DNA of 56,940 bases, taken from positions 1 through 56,940 of the forward strand of contig JBIIFB010000002.1 in assembly GCA_044237545.1 (NCBI GenBank), given 5' to 3'. The stretch comes from Pirellulales bacterium. Its GTDB lineage: Bacteria > Planctomycetota > Planctomycetia > Pirellulales > UBA1268. Within the stretch, counting starts at the first letter, position 1; each line of letters opens with the position of its first letter. Below the pieces are notes generated by a model. That model was not told the DNA's origin, searched no databases, and saw only the letters and a list, made by a program, of their open reading frames with translations. Shown piece after piece: positions 1 through 7,967 of the stretch. Made by a program: the position numbers and the translations under genes.

Positions 1-80
1 ATGCGGATCGTCACGATTGCATCAGAGGATGAACGCCCGTAAATCTGTTAGAGCAATCGAGGTCTCGTCAGAGGTGATCC

Positions 81-295
81 ATGAACTCGTGGGACCAGTG
101 CACTGCAGTCGAACGGGACCCAGCCAAGATCAGCGGCGCTTGGGTCTTCGGCAAAACGCGAGTGCCTGTTCGGGCACTCTTCGAGAACCTTGAGGACGGC
201 GCCCCGTTGAAGAGTTCGTTAAGTGATTTCCGGGGGTCACAAGAAAGCTGATTGAGGCGGTTCTTGATTTCGTACCGACAATCCAAGACACTTGA
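81..295 (+). pseudogene. decayed DUF433-like (antitoxin-type) gene remnant
   Basis: ATG at 81 opens a 56-codon ORF (stop 249-251) reading ...ISGAWVFGKTRVPVRALFENLEDGAP. This is the same G-K-x-V-x-G-T-R-(I/V)-x-V core as the intact DUF433 genes at 349-588 and 1528-1752. The expected C-terminal half (VEEFVK*FPGVTRKLIEAVLDFV) continues only in another frame from 206. It carries an in-frame TGA at 224-226 and ends at 295. Confidence 0.45.
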
Positions 296-348
296 CGTAG
301 ACGTGAACAGATGTATTGCATTCCGAATCCTCTAGAGTCGACTTCCAC

Positions 349-588
349 ATGACAACCCAACTGATCCAGTCCGATCCTGATCTAATGCTCGGAAAGCCGG
401 TCGTTCGGGGAACTCGCATCACTGTGGAAATGATTCTGCGAAAACTCTCCTGCGGCGAATCTGTCGAGCAGATTCTCGAGTCGCATCCAAGGCTCACCCG
501 TGAAGCTGTTCTGGCCTCGCTTGAGTATGCAGCTGAAGCCATGGGGCATGAGACAGTTCACTCCGTAGGCGATCGGGAGTCGGCATGA
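349..588 (+). CDS. DUF433 domain protein, putative antitoxin partner of the downstream PIN-like gene
   Basis: ORF-track protein 316-588. I prefer the ATG at 349 over the TTG at 316. DPDLMLGKPVVRGTRITVEMILRKL...ILESHPRLTREAVLASLEYAA fits the DUF433 pattern. Its stop overlaps the next start (ATGA at 585-588). Confidence 0.8.
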   Translation: MTTQLIQSDPDLMLGKPVVRGTRITVEMILRKLSCGESVEQILESHPRLTREAVLASLEYAAEAMGHETVHSVGDRESA

Positions 589-935
589 GATTCCTCACCG
601 ACGAGGGCGTGGACGGAACGATCGTTGGTTCCATCCGTGGCGACGGCCATGATGTCCGGTGGATGGCTGAGGAACTTCAAGGAGCCAGCGACGACGTCAT
701 CCTTGAAGCAGCCGTGCGGGACGCACGGATCTTGATCACCGAAGACAAGGATTTTGGCGAACCCGTCTATCGGCAGCGACTTCACCACCACGGCGTTGTG
801 CTCGTTCGCGTCGATGGCATTTCCAATGAGAAAAAGGGCCGTATTGTCGCCCGTGCCATCCGAGAGCACGAGGCAGAACTCCCTGGAGCTTTTACCGTGA
901 TTCAACACGGTACGATCCGAATTCGACGAGCATGA
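585..935 (+). CDS. DUF5615-family PIN-like protein (putative toxin)
   Basis: MRFLTDEGV...DDVILEAAVRDARILITEDKDFGE...GVVLVRV has the same architecture as the paralogue at 1157-1531. It is translationally coupled to the upstream DUF433 gene by a 4-bp overlap. Confidence 0.8.
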   Translation: MRFLTDEGVDGTIVGSIRGDGHDVRWMAEELQGASDDVILEAAVRDARILITEDKDFGEPVYRQRLHHHGVVLVRVDGISNEKKGRIVARAIREHEAELPGAFTVIQHGTIRIRRA

Positions 936-1156
936 AGATCTGACGTTACCGTGGAAGTGCTCCGCGACTGCCTCCGCAAGCGGAAAGCAACGCCGTCCGC
1001 CATCTTCGAGATGGCCAAGGTTGACCGGGTAGCCCGCGTAATGCGCCCCTACCTTGAGGCGCTCGCATGAAGCAGAAGCCCGTCAGCAATGCCGTCGCAT
1101 CGATCCGGCAGCAGCTCCTGAACGCTCTGACTTCACAAAGGCCGACAGAACTTTCG

Positions 1157-1531
1157 CTACGATGCCGCAATCGGCAGTGTACGAACCCTTATGCGCTGCG
1201 GCTCGATCACGACGATCGCTCCGCGTTCCAGGGCTGACACAAGCTCACCAAGATTGGCGAGCAGCAAAGCAGCCTGCCCTTGCGGCTTTCTGGGGGTGGC
1301 GCCACGAAATAGGATGACCGAGGGGAGAGCCGCCTTTCGCAACGCCAGAATGGTTCCGAAGTCGGTATCCGCGGAAACGATGATCCTTCGCTCGTGCTCT
1401 GCATACTCAAAGATCACATCGTCATCAGCGGCAGCGAGCCCGTGATCGCGAACGTGCGTCGCGTCATGACCTGCGTCTCGGAACAGCTGCGCCACGAGCG
1501 GCGACAGCGCATTGTCGATCAGAAACTTCAT
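1157..1531 (-). CDS. DUF5615-family PIN-like protein (putative toxin)
   Basis: MKFLIDNALSPLVAQLFRDAGHDATHVRD...DDDVIFEYAEHERRIIVSADTDFGTIL...SVILFR is the typical DUF5615 pattern. The ATG at 1531 overlaps the stop of the upstream DUF433 gene (ATGA). Confidence 0.85.
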   Translation of the reverse strand: MKFLIDNALSPLVAQLFRDAGHDATHVRDHGLAAADDDVIFEYAEHERRIIVSADTDFGTILALRKAALPSVILFRGATPRKPQGQAALLLANLGELVSALERGAIVVIEPQRIRVRTLPIAAS

Positions 1532-1752
1532 AATGCGTGAAGCAGTGGTATTTCCCGTTCACGCACTGCCTCGGCAGCGAAGACAAGGGCCGCATGAACG
1601 TCCTCGGCTTCGAGGTCGGGGAAATCACGAACGATTTCTTCAACCGCCATGCCTTCCGCCACCATGCCGACCACTGTCGCCACCGGAATTCTCAGCCCGC
1701 GAATGCAGGGCACGCCGTTCATCTGCTTGGGGTCGACGGTGATTCGATTCAT
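1528..1752 (-). CDS. DUF433 domain protein (putative antitoxin)
   Basis: The internal ATG at 1752 gives MNRITVDPKQMNGVPCIRGLRIPVATVVGMVAEGMAVEEIVRDFPDLEAEDVHAALVFAAE. This is the DUF433 core plus the C-terminal helix motif. The longer ORF-track start (1800) adds an implausible leader. Confidence 0.85.
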   Translation of the reverse strand: MNRITVDPKQMNGVPCIRGLRIPVATVVGMVAEGMAVEEIVRDFPDLEAEDVHAALVFAAEAVREREIPLLHAL

Positions 1753-1890
1753 GCTTGGTACCGCCACGGGAGAACCACACCAGCCTTGGACTCTTCGCAT
1801 AGTATAGCCAAGGCAAATCCCGCTCGCCCCGACTTCTCGTCTTCACGAATCAACCACGTACCGTGCCGGTCATGCGGCCTTGGGACGACT

Positions 1891-2049
1891 CACGGGATAC
1901 TCACCGAGCTTGGCGTCCGATACGTGATCGACGGCTGGGTTCTCTCGCCGGCAGCAGTCCGGACAGAAATCCGAACCGTCTGGTTTGTGGACCAAGGCAA
2001 AGAAATCCCTCGATTCGTGACAGCACACCCCGCCCGCCGGAGAAGGTAA
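1891..2049 (+). pseudogene. C-terminal fragment of the DUF6883-type partner gene of DUF4926 (5' part missing)
   Basis: The frame of ORF 1537-2049 ends ...GVRYVIDGWVLSPAAVRTEIRTVWFVDQGKEIPRFVTAHPA. From memory, this resembles the C-terminal ends of proteins encoded immediately upstream of DUF4926 genes (...VRSxWIVxxGExxPRxxTxY). No start codon precedes the homologous part. Upstream sequence in this frame overlaps the opposite-strand DUF433 gene. TAA at 2047-2049 lies 1 nt before the DUF4926 ATG. Confidence 0.45.
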
Positions 2050-2050
2050 A

Positions 2051-2326
2051 ATGTCCGCGTGGAACAAAGAACACTCAGCGCCCGGCGCTCACCCTCACGT
2101 GATCGATGAACTCGACGAAGTCGTGCTGACGTGCGATGTCCCCGACCATGGCCTCGCAGCAGGCGACATAGGGACGGTCGTGCTGGTGCACGACGAGGGC
2201 AAGGGATACGAAGTAGAGTTCCTGACGCTCGACGGCGAAACGATTGCAGTGGTAACACTGCGGGCCGTGCAGGTGCGGGCCGTGCAGCACGACGAGATCG
2301 CCCACGCGAGATCGATCGCTTCATAA
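2051..2326 (+). CDS. DUF4926 domain protein
   Basis: VIDELDEVVLTCDVPDHGLAAGDIGTVVLVHDEGKGYEVEFLTLDGETIAVVTLRAVQVR matches the DUF4926 pattern as I recall it. A GGAGAAGG Shine-Dalgarno sits just upstream of the ATG at 2051. Confidence 0.8.
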   Translation: MSAWNKEHSAPGAHPHVIDELDEVVLTCDVPDHGLAAGDIGTVVLVHDEGKGYEVEFLTLDGETIAVVTLRAVQVRAVQHDEIAHARSIAS

Positions 2327-2336
2327 AAATGCAAAC

Positions 2337-2777
2337 CTAACACGGAGCCTCGACGAATCTCCTGCCTTCCTCCCCTGGTGGCGGATTCCAGATCGGCTGC
2401 ACGCCGGCTGGCAGCGGATCGCACCGGACATAGAGCCGCTCTGGCGGTTTCTCGAAGTACAGGAGCAGCGCCGGACAGAGCCAGTTTTCCATGTACTCGC
2501 CAAGAACGTCGCCCTCGTACCAATTGCCGTCCAGGGCATCCCTACGAAGCCAAAGCCGCTCGACATCGTGACCATCGAACGGTCGGTCCGAGAACGTCAA
2601 AAGAAAACCCTTAGCTGCTCGGGGAATCTTCTTCCGCTCGACGACACGGGTGATCATCTCACTCGTGCCCTCGACAAACGCCTCCTCCTTGAGCCCCGTT
2701 CGGGCGTCATCGAACACCCAGCACGTGGTGCCCGGGTAGAGGTAGGGATACAGCGTCAGGATTCGTTGCGTGCTCAT
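2337..2777 (-). CDS. conserved hypothetical protein, DUF6717-like
   Basis: I chose the ATG at 2777 because GAAGGAGG lies 7 nt upstream. LTLYPYLYPGTTCWVFDDARTGLKEEAFVEGTSEMI...GNWY...ENWLCPALLLYFEKPPERLYVR resembles the small family NCBI labels DUF6717. That family name is from memory and is not verified. Confidence 0.6.
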   Translation of the reverse strand: MSTQRILTLYPYLYPGTTCWVFDDARTGLKEEAFVEGTSEMITRVVERKKIPRAAKGFLLTFSDRPFDGHDVERLWLRRDALDGNWYEGDVLGEYMENWLCPALLLYFEKPPERLYVRCDPLPAGVQPIWNPPPGEEGRRFVEAPC

Positions 2778-2814
2778 ATCCGGGCCTCCTTCTGTTGGTG
2801 TCGGCTTCAGACCC

Positions 2815-3147
2815 TCAGGCTTGCTCATCGTTCACCTCCCCGTAGTGGACCGGTATCGAGACGCTGTTGAGCCGGCAACCCTCCTGTTCCTTGCTCATGC
2901 CGAGAGCCTCGCAGCAGTTCGCCGCGCCTCTCCACGCCGCGATCGCCCTCAGCCCGAGACCACCACGCCTGTAATGGTCTGCGGCAATACCGTAGAGCTT
3001 CGCGGCGCGTCGCCAATGCCGTTTGGCCTGGTCGCTCGTGTCGACCGGCGTAGACGTTAGCCTCTCGCACTCCGCGAACGTGTGGTCGGCGGTGGTAATG
3101 AAGCTCTGTCGGAAATGCAGTTCTTCGAGTAGTGGGTTTTTCTTCAT
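2815..3147 (-). CDS. hypothetical protein
   Basis: 110-aa ORF with GAGGAG upstream of the ATG at 3147. It sits tightly between two co-oriented genes. I recognise no family. Confidence 0.5.
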   Translation of the reverse strand: MKKNPLLEELHFRQSFITTADHTFAECERLTSTPVDTSDQAKRHWRRAAKLYGIAADHYRRGGLGLRAIAAWRGAANCCEALGMSKEQEGCRLNSVSIPVHYGEVNDEQA

Positions 3148-3178
3148 GGGTGGGCTCCTCGAGTGTGGGATGATTTAT

Positions 3179-3490
3179 TCAGACGGGGGTCGCATAGTTC
3201 GGGACAGGCTGCATCTCGCTCTCCCTGTCGCCGTCGGTGGGGCTCGTTCGCTGGCGTTCCGGCACGTCCTCGCCATCCCGCTCGATGCGGGCGAAGAGTT
3301 CATCTCGAAGCCGAATCGCTTCTGCCAGGCACTTCGTGCCGAGGGACCGCCTGACACGTCGTTTGCGGCCGCCAAAATGGAGGGTGTAGGCCACCCAGTA
3401 GTTGCCATCAGCCCGTCCGCCAGTGTTGACGTAGAGGTGGTGTGATGGATTCGCCTCATCAATACGCAGCGATAGATGTCCACGCGTCAT
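3179..3490 (-). CDS. hypothetical protein with integrase arm-type DNA-binding-like fold (possible integrase N-terminal remnant)
   Basis: The ATG at 3490 has GGAG upstream; the ORF-track start at 3520 is GTG. HLYVNTGGRADGNYWVAYTLHFGGRKRRVRRSLGTKCLAEAIRLRDELFARIE resembles the beta-hairpin plus helix of phage-integrase arm-binding N-termini. No catalytic domain follows. Confidence 0.4.
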   Translation of the reverse strand: MTRGHLSLRIDEANPSHHLYVNTGGRADGNYWVAYTLHFGGRKRRVRRSLGTKCLAEAIRLRDELFARIERDGEDVPERQRTSPTDGDRESEMQPVPNYATPV

Positions 3491-4018
3491 GGTGATGCTC
3501 CGAGGGGCTTCGTTTTTCACCGGAAACCATTTCCGATGCGTATCCTCGGGCCCATTACTGGGGAACCGTAACCACCTTGCATTGCAGGTAGGTGTCGACG
3601 GCCGCGTGGGTCGTCGAACTCGAGACGGATACTACACCCCAATCATAGCGGTTCGACCGCCATTGTCGAGTGCGCAACGATCCAGAAGTGCGCCATAGCA
3701 AGGCCATTTGTGTGGGCTGCGGCTTCGGCTTACTCCGGCCGTCGCCGTCTTCGCTCGTTGCGTTGCTTGCGCTTTTCCTCGACCTCATCGATCCCCGCCT
3801 GGGCGACGCGACACATCGCGTCGTGAGCCTCCTGCATCCACTGGAACAGTATGGGGAGTCGAGTTCCGGGTCAGCCCAGCGTTTCACCTCGCCGCCATAA
3901 GCGTTGTAGTCTGTGGGCAGCACCTTCACGCATGGAAAAAGATCTTTCGACATTCCCCACCTCTTTTTTCGCACACACATCCGTCCAGAGTCGCGATCCA
4001 CCAGTTCCTCGCCCCACC

Positions 4019-4786
4019 ATGAGACTTCGCTGCATGCTCTGGACCATCCTGACGATTGCCGTGTGCGTCTACGCGTCGCTCTGCCTGTTCTTCGTCGTCT
4101 TCCAGCGGTCGTTCATCTACATGCCGACGCCGACCAAGCCGACGCACGACACGGCGGTAGTGCTTGAGGTGCCCGATGCCCGCCTGCGGCTCGCCACCCG
4201 CGAGCTCGATGGCCCGAAGGCGCTCATCTACTTCGGCGGTAACGCGGAAGACGTGGCCTCCACGGTGCCGGAACTTGCCGCCGTGTTTCCTGACCGTGCC
4301 ATCTATGCCATGCACTACCGCGGCTACAGCGGCAGCACCGGCCACCCGGCTGAGGCGGCGATGCGGAATGACGCCCGCGCACTCTGTCAAATGGTGTGCA
4401 GTCAGCATCCCGATGTGATGGCCGTCGGCCGCAGCCTCGGCAGCAGTCTCGCCATCCAACTTGCCGCCGAGGGAGGTATCTCCAGGCTCGTGCTGATCGC
4501 GCCCTTCGAGAGCATTCTCGCCATCGCCAGCCGTGTCGCACCGTTTCTGCCCATGAGGCTGCTTCTTCGCGATCCCTGGCACTCGTGGCGGTATGGGCCC
4601 CGCGTCACCTGTCCGACGCTGATCCTCGCGGCGTCACACGATGAGATCGTGCCAATGAGCGACACGAGAAAGCTCTTCGAGGCGTTTCAGCCAGGCGTGG
4701 CCACGCTCCGGGTGATCGATGGCACCGACCACAACTCGGTGTCCGGCCCGGAGGAGTTCTGGGAAGCACTTGTGGACGGGCAGTAG
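4019..4786 (+). CDS. alpha/beta-fold hydrolase with N-terminal membrane anchor
   Basis: The ATG at 4019 gives MRLRCMLWTILTIAVCVYASLCLFFVV (TM helix). The nucleophile elbow is GRSLGS. An ...ASHDEIVP... / ...DGTDHN... acid/His region follows. The longer ORF-track start (3851) adds an implausible leader. Confidence 0.85.
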   Translation: MRLRCMLWTILTIAVCVYASLCLFFVVFQRSFIYMPTPTKPTHDTAVVLEVPDARLRLATRELDGPKALIYFGGNAEDVASTVPELAAVFPDRAIYAMHYRGYSGSTGHPAEAAMRNDARALCQMVCSQHPDVMAVGRSLGSSLAIQLAAEGGISRLVLIAPFESILAIASRVAPFLPMRLLLRDPWHSWRYGPRVTCPTLILAASHDEIVPMSDTRKLFEAFQPGVATLRVIDGTDHNSVSGPEEFWEALVDGQ

Positions 4787-4967
4787 CGGTTTCAGCCAAC
4801 TGCAATGCATAGCCATACTGCACGCCCGCCACGTGGCCACTGACGACGCTCAAGAGCTTGGTGAGCTTCGCACTTTGGCCGTGCGGGCACACAGGCTTCT
4901 TGTCGCCACCAACGAGCACCTCTATTTTTCGGCTGCACTTCTGGCAGGAATATTCGTACAACGGCAC
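4605..4967 (-). pseudogene. degenerate FmdB/CxxC zinc-ribbon paralogue
   Basis: The first ~50 codons (4818-4967) are near-identical to the intact gene at 13348-13569 (MPLYEYSCQKCS..IEVLV.GD.KP.CPH...KLTKLLSVVSGHVA). Three differences suggest decay. The start is GTG rather than ATG. The second Cys pair reads CPHG instead of CPHC. The Cys-rich tail is replaced by a run-on ORF that overlaps the hydrolase 3' end antisense. Confidence 0.5.
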
Positions 4968-5089
4968 GGGCTTCAGCTCCCTGGAAGTGGTGTAGTTTTA
5001 AGGGGGGCCGTTCAGAACCGCAGATACTCTTTACTACACCACTGAATCCAAACGCCCTACGTAGTCAGTTAGAACCAAGCACCACTCGG

Positions 5090-6163
5090 ATGAAACGTAT
5101 GAACCACTTGCCACAAGAAGAATCAATCAAAGGGGCCTTTTTTGGTGCCCTTGTCGGCGACGCCCTCTGTCTTGGCAGTCATTATGAATACGATGCCGCG
5201 AAGATTTTTAAGGCCTATGGCAATCGGCCGATAGACAGGTTTATGTCACCTGGTGAAATGATGGGTGGCCACACTCATGGAATCGGATGGGGTGAGCGGA
5301 ATTACCATCCGGGCAAGACGGCCGGGGGAACCACCGACTACGGTGATTACAATATCCTCGTTTTAGAGCATTTGGCGGCTGCCTCTGAACCCCCGAGAGC
5401 CTTGAGTGTTGCAGCGATGATTCCGCATTGGATGAATCGTCTTGAGAATGGCTGGGGTTCATGGATTTGCACCATGACTCAAGAGACCTATGCGCAAGTA
5501 AAAAGAGGAACCCCGATTGAACATCTTGGCGGTATCTCGAACGCGATGGCTATCCGCCATGTTGCGGCCCATGCCTACTATGAAACCGAAGAGGAATTGG
5601 TAGACGCGGCAAGAAAAACCATGTTTACCCATCGAGACACTCACGCATTGGGCGGAGGAGAGTTTTTTGCCCGCGTCACCCACCGAGTTATGAATGGCGC
5701 CACCCCTCTCGATGCGATTGAAAGCGTCGCATCCTTCATGGGGGGATTTTTCGAGCAGAAGGCAGCTCAGGCCATCGCGAAATGTGCAGAAGAGGCGGAT
5801 CCTAGCTCGGCACTTTCTAAAGAGGCTTTCTCGGATGATCTAGCCCTCACGAGCATGGCAAGACTATGGGATATCGGCCGCTCTGAACCGATCAAAGTCG
5901 GTAAAGCCAGCCCGACCGAGGGAACCCTTCCAGGCGCACTCTATTTTATTCTTAAGTATGCAAACCAAGAAGACGGATTAAGGAAGGCGCTTCAGGCCAA
6001 TGCTATGGTTGGTGGCGATAATGCGTCACGGAGCATTGCAATCGGAATGGTATTGGGTGCCTATAAGGGGGTTCATGCGATCCCACGTGCATGGAAAGAG
6101 ACGCTAGAGCAATGGGACTATTGTGAGGGTTTGCTCAATCAGCTGCCCCTGCTCAAACACTGA
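5090..6163 (+). CDS. ADP-ribosylglycohydrolase family protein
   Basis: The N-terminal motif is IKGAFFGALVGDALCLG and the C-terminal motif is MVGGDNASRSIAIGMVLGA. These are the ARH/DraG-family metal-site regions. The gene is clearly lower in GC than its surroundings. Confidence 0.85.
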   Translation: MKRMNHLPQEESIKGAFFGALVGDALCLGSHYEYDAAKIFKAYGNRPIDRFMSPGEMMGGHTHGIGWGERNYHPGKTAGGTTDYGDYNILVLEHLAAASEPPRALSVAAMIPHWMNRLENGWGSWICTMTQETYAQVKRGTPIEHLGGISNAMAIRHVAAHAYYETEEELVDAARKTMFTHRDTHALGGGEFFARVTHRVMNGATPLDAIESVASFMGGFFEQKAAQAIAKCAEEADPSSALSKEAFSDDLALTSMARLWDIGRSEPIKVGKASPTEGTLPGALYFILKYANQEDGLRKALQANAMVGGDNASRSIAIGMVLGAYKGVHAIPRAWKETLEQWDYCEGLLNQLPLLKH

Positions 6164-6187
6164 CCACTGGCCCCTTAGAGCCCGCTC

Positions 6188-6218
6188 TCGCCGCCGATCA
6201 CAGTATGGCCGGCGGCGA
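6188..6218 (+). terminator. GC-rich hairpin downstream of the ADP-ribosylglycohydrolase gene
   Basis: tcgccgccg (6188-6196) and cggcggcga (6210-6218) form a perfect 9-bp stem with a 13-nt loop. The stem is followed by ttgctt, so the U-tract is weak. Confidence 0.3.
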
Positions 6219-6247
6219 TTGCTTGAGGGCTGAAGGCCGACGCGAAA

Positions 6248-6388
6248 CTACTTCGGCATTAGGACGGTATCGATGACGTGAATGACACCGTTGTCGCAGA
6301 TGATGTCTGCGGTAACGACGGTCGCACCACCAACGTGAACCTTACCATCGGCAACCTTGATATCGACCGACTGCCCGTTGACGGCTGC
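6248..6388 (-). pseudogene. fasciclin (FAS1) domain C-terminal fragment
   Basis: The minus-strand reading is ...[46 protein letters not shown] (stop 6248-6250). This is the canonical FAS1 C-terminus (..[11 protein letters not shown]). There is no start codon, and the upstream frame runs into the stop of the ALDH gene, so about 85 N-terminal residues of the domain are absent. Confidence 0.6.
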
Positions 6389-6422
6389 CCGTACGGTTTT
6401 TCGCTCCGGCGCTGACCGAGAC

Positions 6423-7967
6423 TTAGAGGTCTAGTCCTTCGGGGAATCGAGATCCACCCTTGAAGTTTCCGTAAATAGGCCTCTCGCCATCAGTGATTGC
6501 GTCGACGAGTAAGTCTCCACCGACGAATGCACCACGCCACGATGCGCCAAGCCCTCCAAACACCTCTTCGCGATCTCCCCGAGACCTGGCTACGTTGACT
6601 CCGAATTTAAACGCTGACACTTCTTCACGAACGCGCTTCGCGAACACCATGTCATCGGTAGCAACGGAAGAAACGAGATTTCCATTTGACACGTTCATCG
6701 CGGCAATGAATTCAGCCTCGGTATCCACCAGAACAATGGAGTCGATCGGGCCGAACGGTTCCGAGTGGTGCAGCGACCACGCCCGAGGTGGTTCGAGAAC
6801 TGTGGCAGGTGCGACATAGGCGGAAATGTCTTGCCCCGCAATAAATCGACCGTGGTCGAGATTTCCATTGTAGAGAGGAATTCCTCCCGTGTTGATTGCC
6901 TCATCGAATTGAGCCCGCAGCTGATTCGCTTTGGTCTTATGAATCACCGGACCGAACTCGAGGTCTGGGAGTTCGTCGTTGTCATTCTCTACCGCCAAAG
7001 GGTGGCCGAACCTCAGCCCTTTCACGATGGGCATGTACATCTCAAGAAAAGCAGGGAAAAGTCTTCGCTGCACGACATACCGCGGGTAGGCGGTGCACCG
7101 TTGCTTCGCATACTCGAAGCCTTTTCGAATGAGGGGAGCGAGATAATCCCATTTGCTGAAATCCCAAACCCCCCAGGCGTTCAGACCTTCTTGTTCCAAA
7201 ATGTGACGCTTATTAAAGTCGGCAAGGCGTTCGAGTGTGGCACGGCCATTTGACCTTCCGCCCACAAAGGCAAAGGCACCCAGCTTGGGTGAGGAGACCA
7301 GCGCGTCACTCAACTCGGCACCAACGCCGCTCACAAGAGTCACGGGCAAGCCAGCCCGAGCCATCATTGCATGGGCAAGGGTGAGTGAGTGAAATCCTCC
7401 CTGTGATGGTGTCTTCGCGATCACCGCGTTTCCTGCCAGCGCCTGGATCAACTCTGCGTGAACGAGAACACTCATTGGGTAATTCCAAGACGCAATGTTG
7501 GAAATCGGCCCACTGAGTGGTGAACGACCTTTGAGCTGACGGTCAATTTGGGTTAGGTACCAATCCACTCCATCGATGCAACGGTCGACATCGGCGCACG
7601 CCAGTCTCCACGGTTTGCCAATCTCCCAGACCAAGAGCAGAGCAATTGTGTCGCGAGCTTCACGAAGACCTACTAATCCAGCCTTCACCCGTGCCTTGCG
7701 CTCGTCGAGACTCACCAAACCCCAAGACTTGTGCTGGCGGGCAGCCGCCGCTACGGCATCGATAGCGGTCTGGTGGTCTATCTTCGGCGGACCTTCAATC
7801 GGCATTTGGTCGACTGGATTCACGTGGGACGAGGGTGTTCCGACCGAAGCCCATTCGCCCATAATCAGGTTGTTGATGCGATCCGCCTCAAATGCTTCTG
7901 GTGCTAACGACCTAGCCTGACCGTAGACGGATTTCCAGTCGGTGCCTTTTTTTACATGAAGAGTCAT
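6423..7967 (-). CDS. aldehyde dehydrogenase family protein
   Basis: 514 aa with ALDH hallmarks. The general-base Glu context is [10 protein letters not shown]. The catalytic Cys context is [10 protein letters not shown]. The Rossmann region is [12 protein letters not shown]. The gene is lower in GC than the window norm. Confidence 0.9.
   Translation of the reverse strand: MTLHVKKGTDWKSVYGQARSLAPEAFEADRINNLIMGEWASVGTPSSHVNPVDQMPIEGPPKIDHQTAIDAVAAAARQHKSWGLVSLDERKARVKAGLVGLREARDTIALLLVWEIGKPWRLACADVDRCIDGVDWYLTQIDRQLKGRSPLSGPISNIASWNYPMSVLVHAELIQALAGNAVIAKTPSQGGFHSLTLAHAMMARAGLPVTLVSGVGAELSDALVSSPKLGAFAFVGGRSNGRATLERLADFNKRHILEQEGLNAWGVWDFSKWDYLAPLIRKGFEYAKQRCTAYPRYVVQRRLFPAFLEMYMPIVKGLRFGHPLAVENDNDELPDLEFGPVIHKTKANQLRAQFDEAINTGGIPLYNGNLDHGRFIAGQDISAYVAPATVLEPPRAWSLHHSEPFGPIDSIVLVDTEAEFIAAMNVSNGNLVSSVATDDMVFAKRVREEVSAFKFGVNVARSRGDREEVFGGLGASWRGAFVGGDLLVDAITDGERPIYGNFKGGSRFPEGLDL

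Noticed and set aside
946-1157. Possible AbiEi/AbiEii-like remnants (...VLRDCLRKRKATPSAIFEMAKVDRVARVMRPYLEALA* then MKQKPVSNAVASIRQQLLNAL...)
   Set aside because: Only about 20 residues resemble the N-terminus of AbiEii-type nucleotidyltransferase toxins (..S.RQ.LLN.). Similarity stops where the opposite-strand DUF5615 gene begins. This is too short to support without an HMM search.
3640-3670. tRNA-like GGTTCGA T-loop motif (agcggttcgaccgcc) near the putative integrase remnant
   Set aside because: Only a 4-bp stem with a 5-nt loop is possible. No acceptor, D or anticodon arms can be drawn around it on either strand.
3555-4001. 148-aa minus-strand ORF, and an alternative frame encoding ...ILFQWMQEAHDAMCRVAQAGIDEVEEKRKQRNERRRRRPE*
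   Set aside because: The plausible-looking N-terminal part (MSKDLFPCVKVLPTDYNAYGGEVKRWADPELDSP) and the plausible C-terminal part lie in different frames. The long ORF's distal half is low-complexity. It may be a frameshifted remnant, but I cannot support a call or a family.
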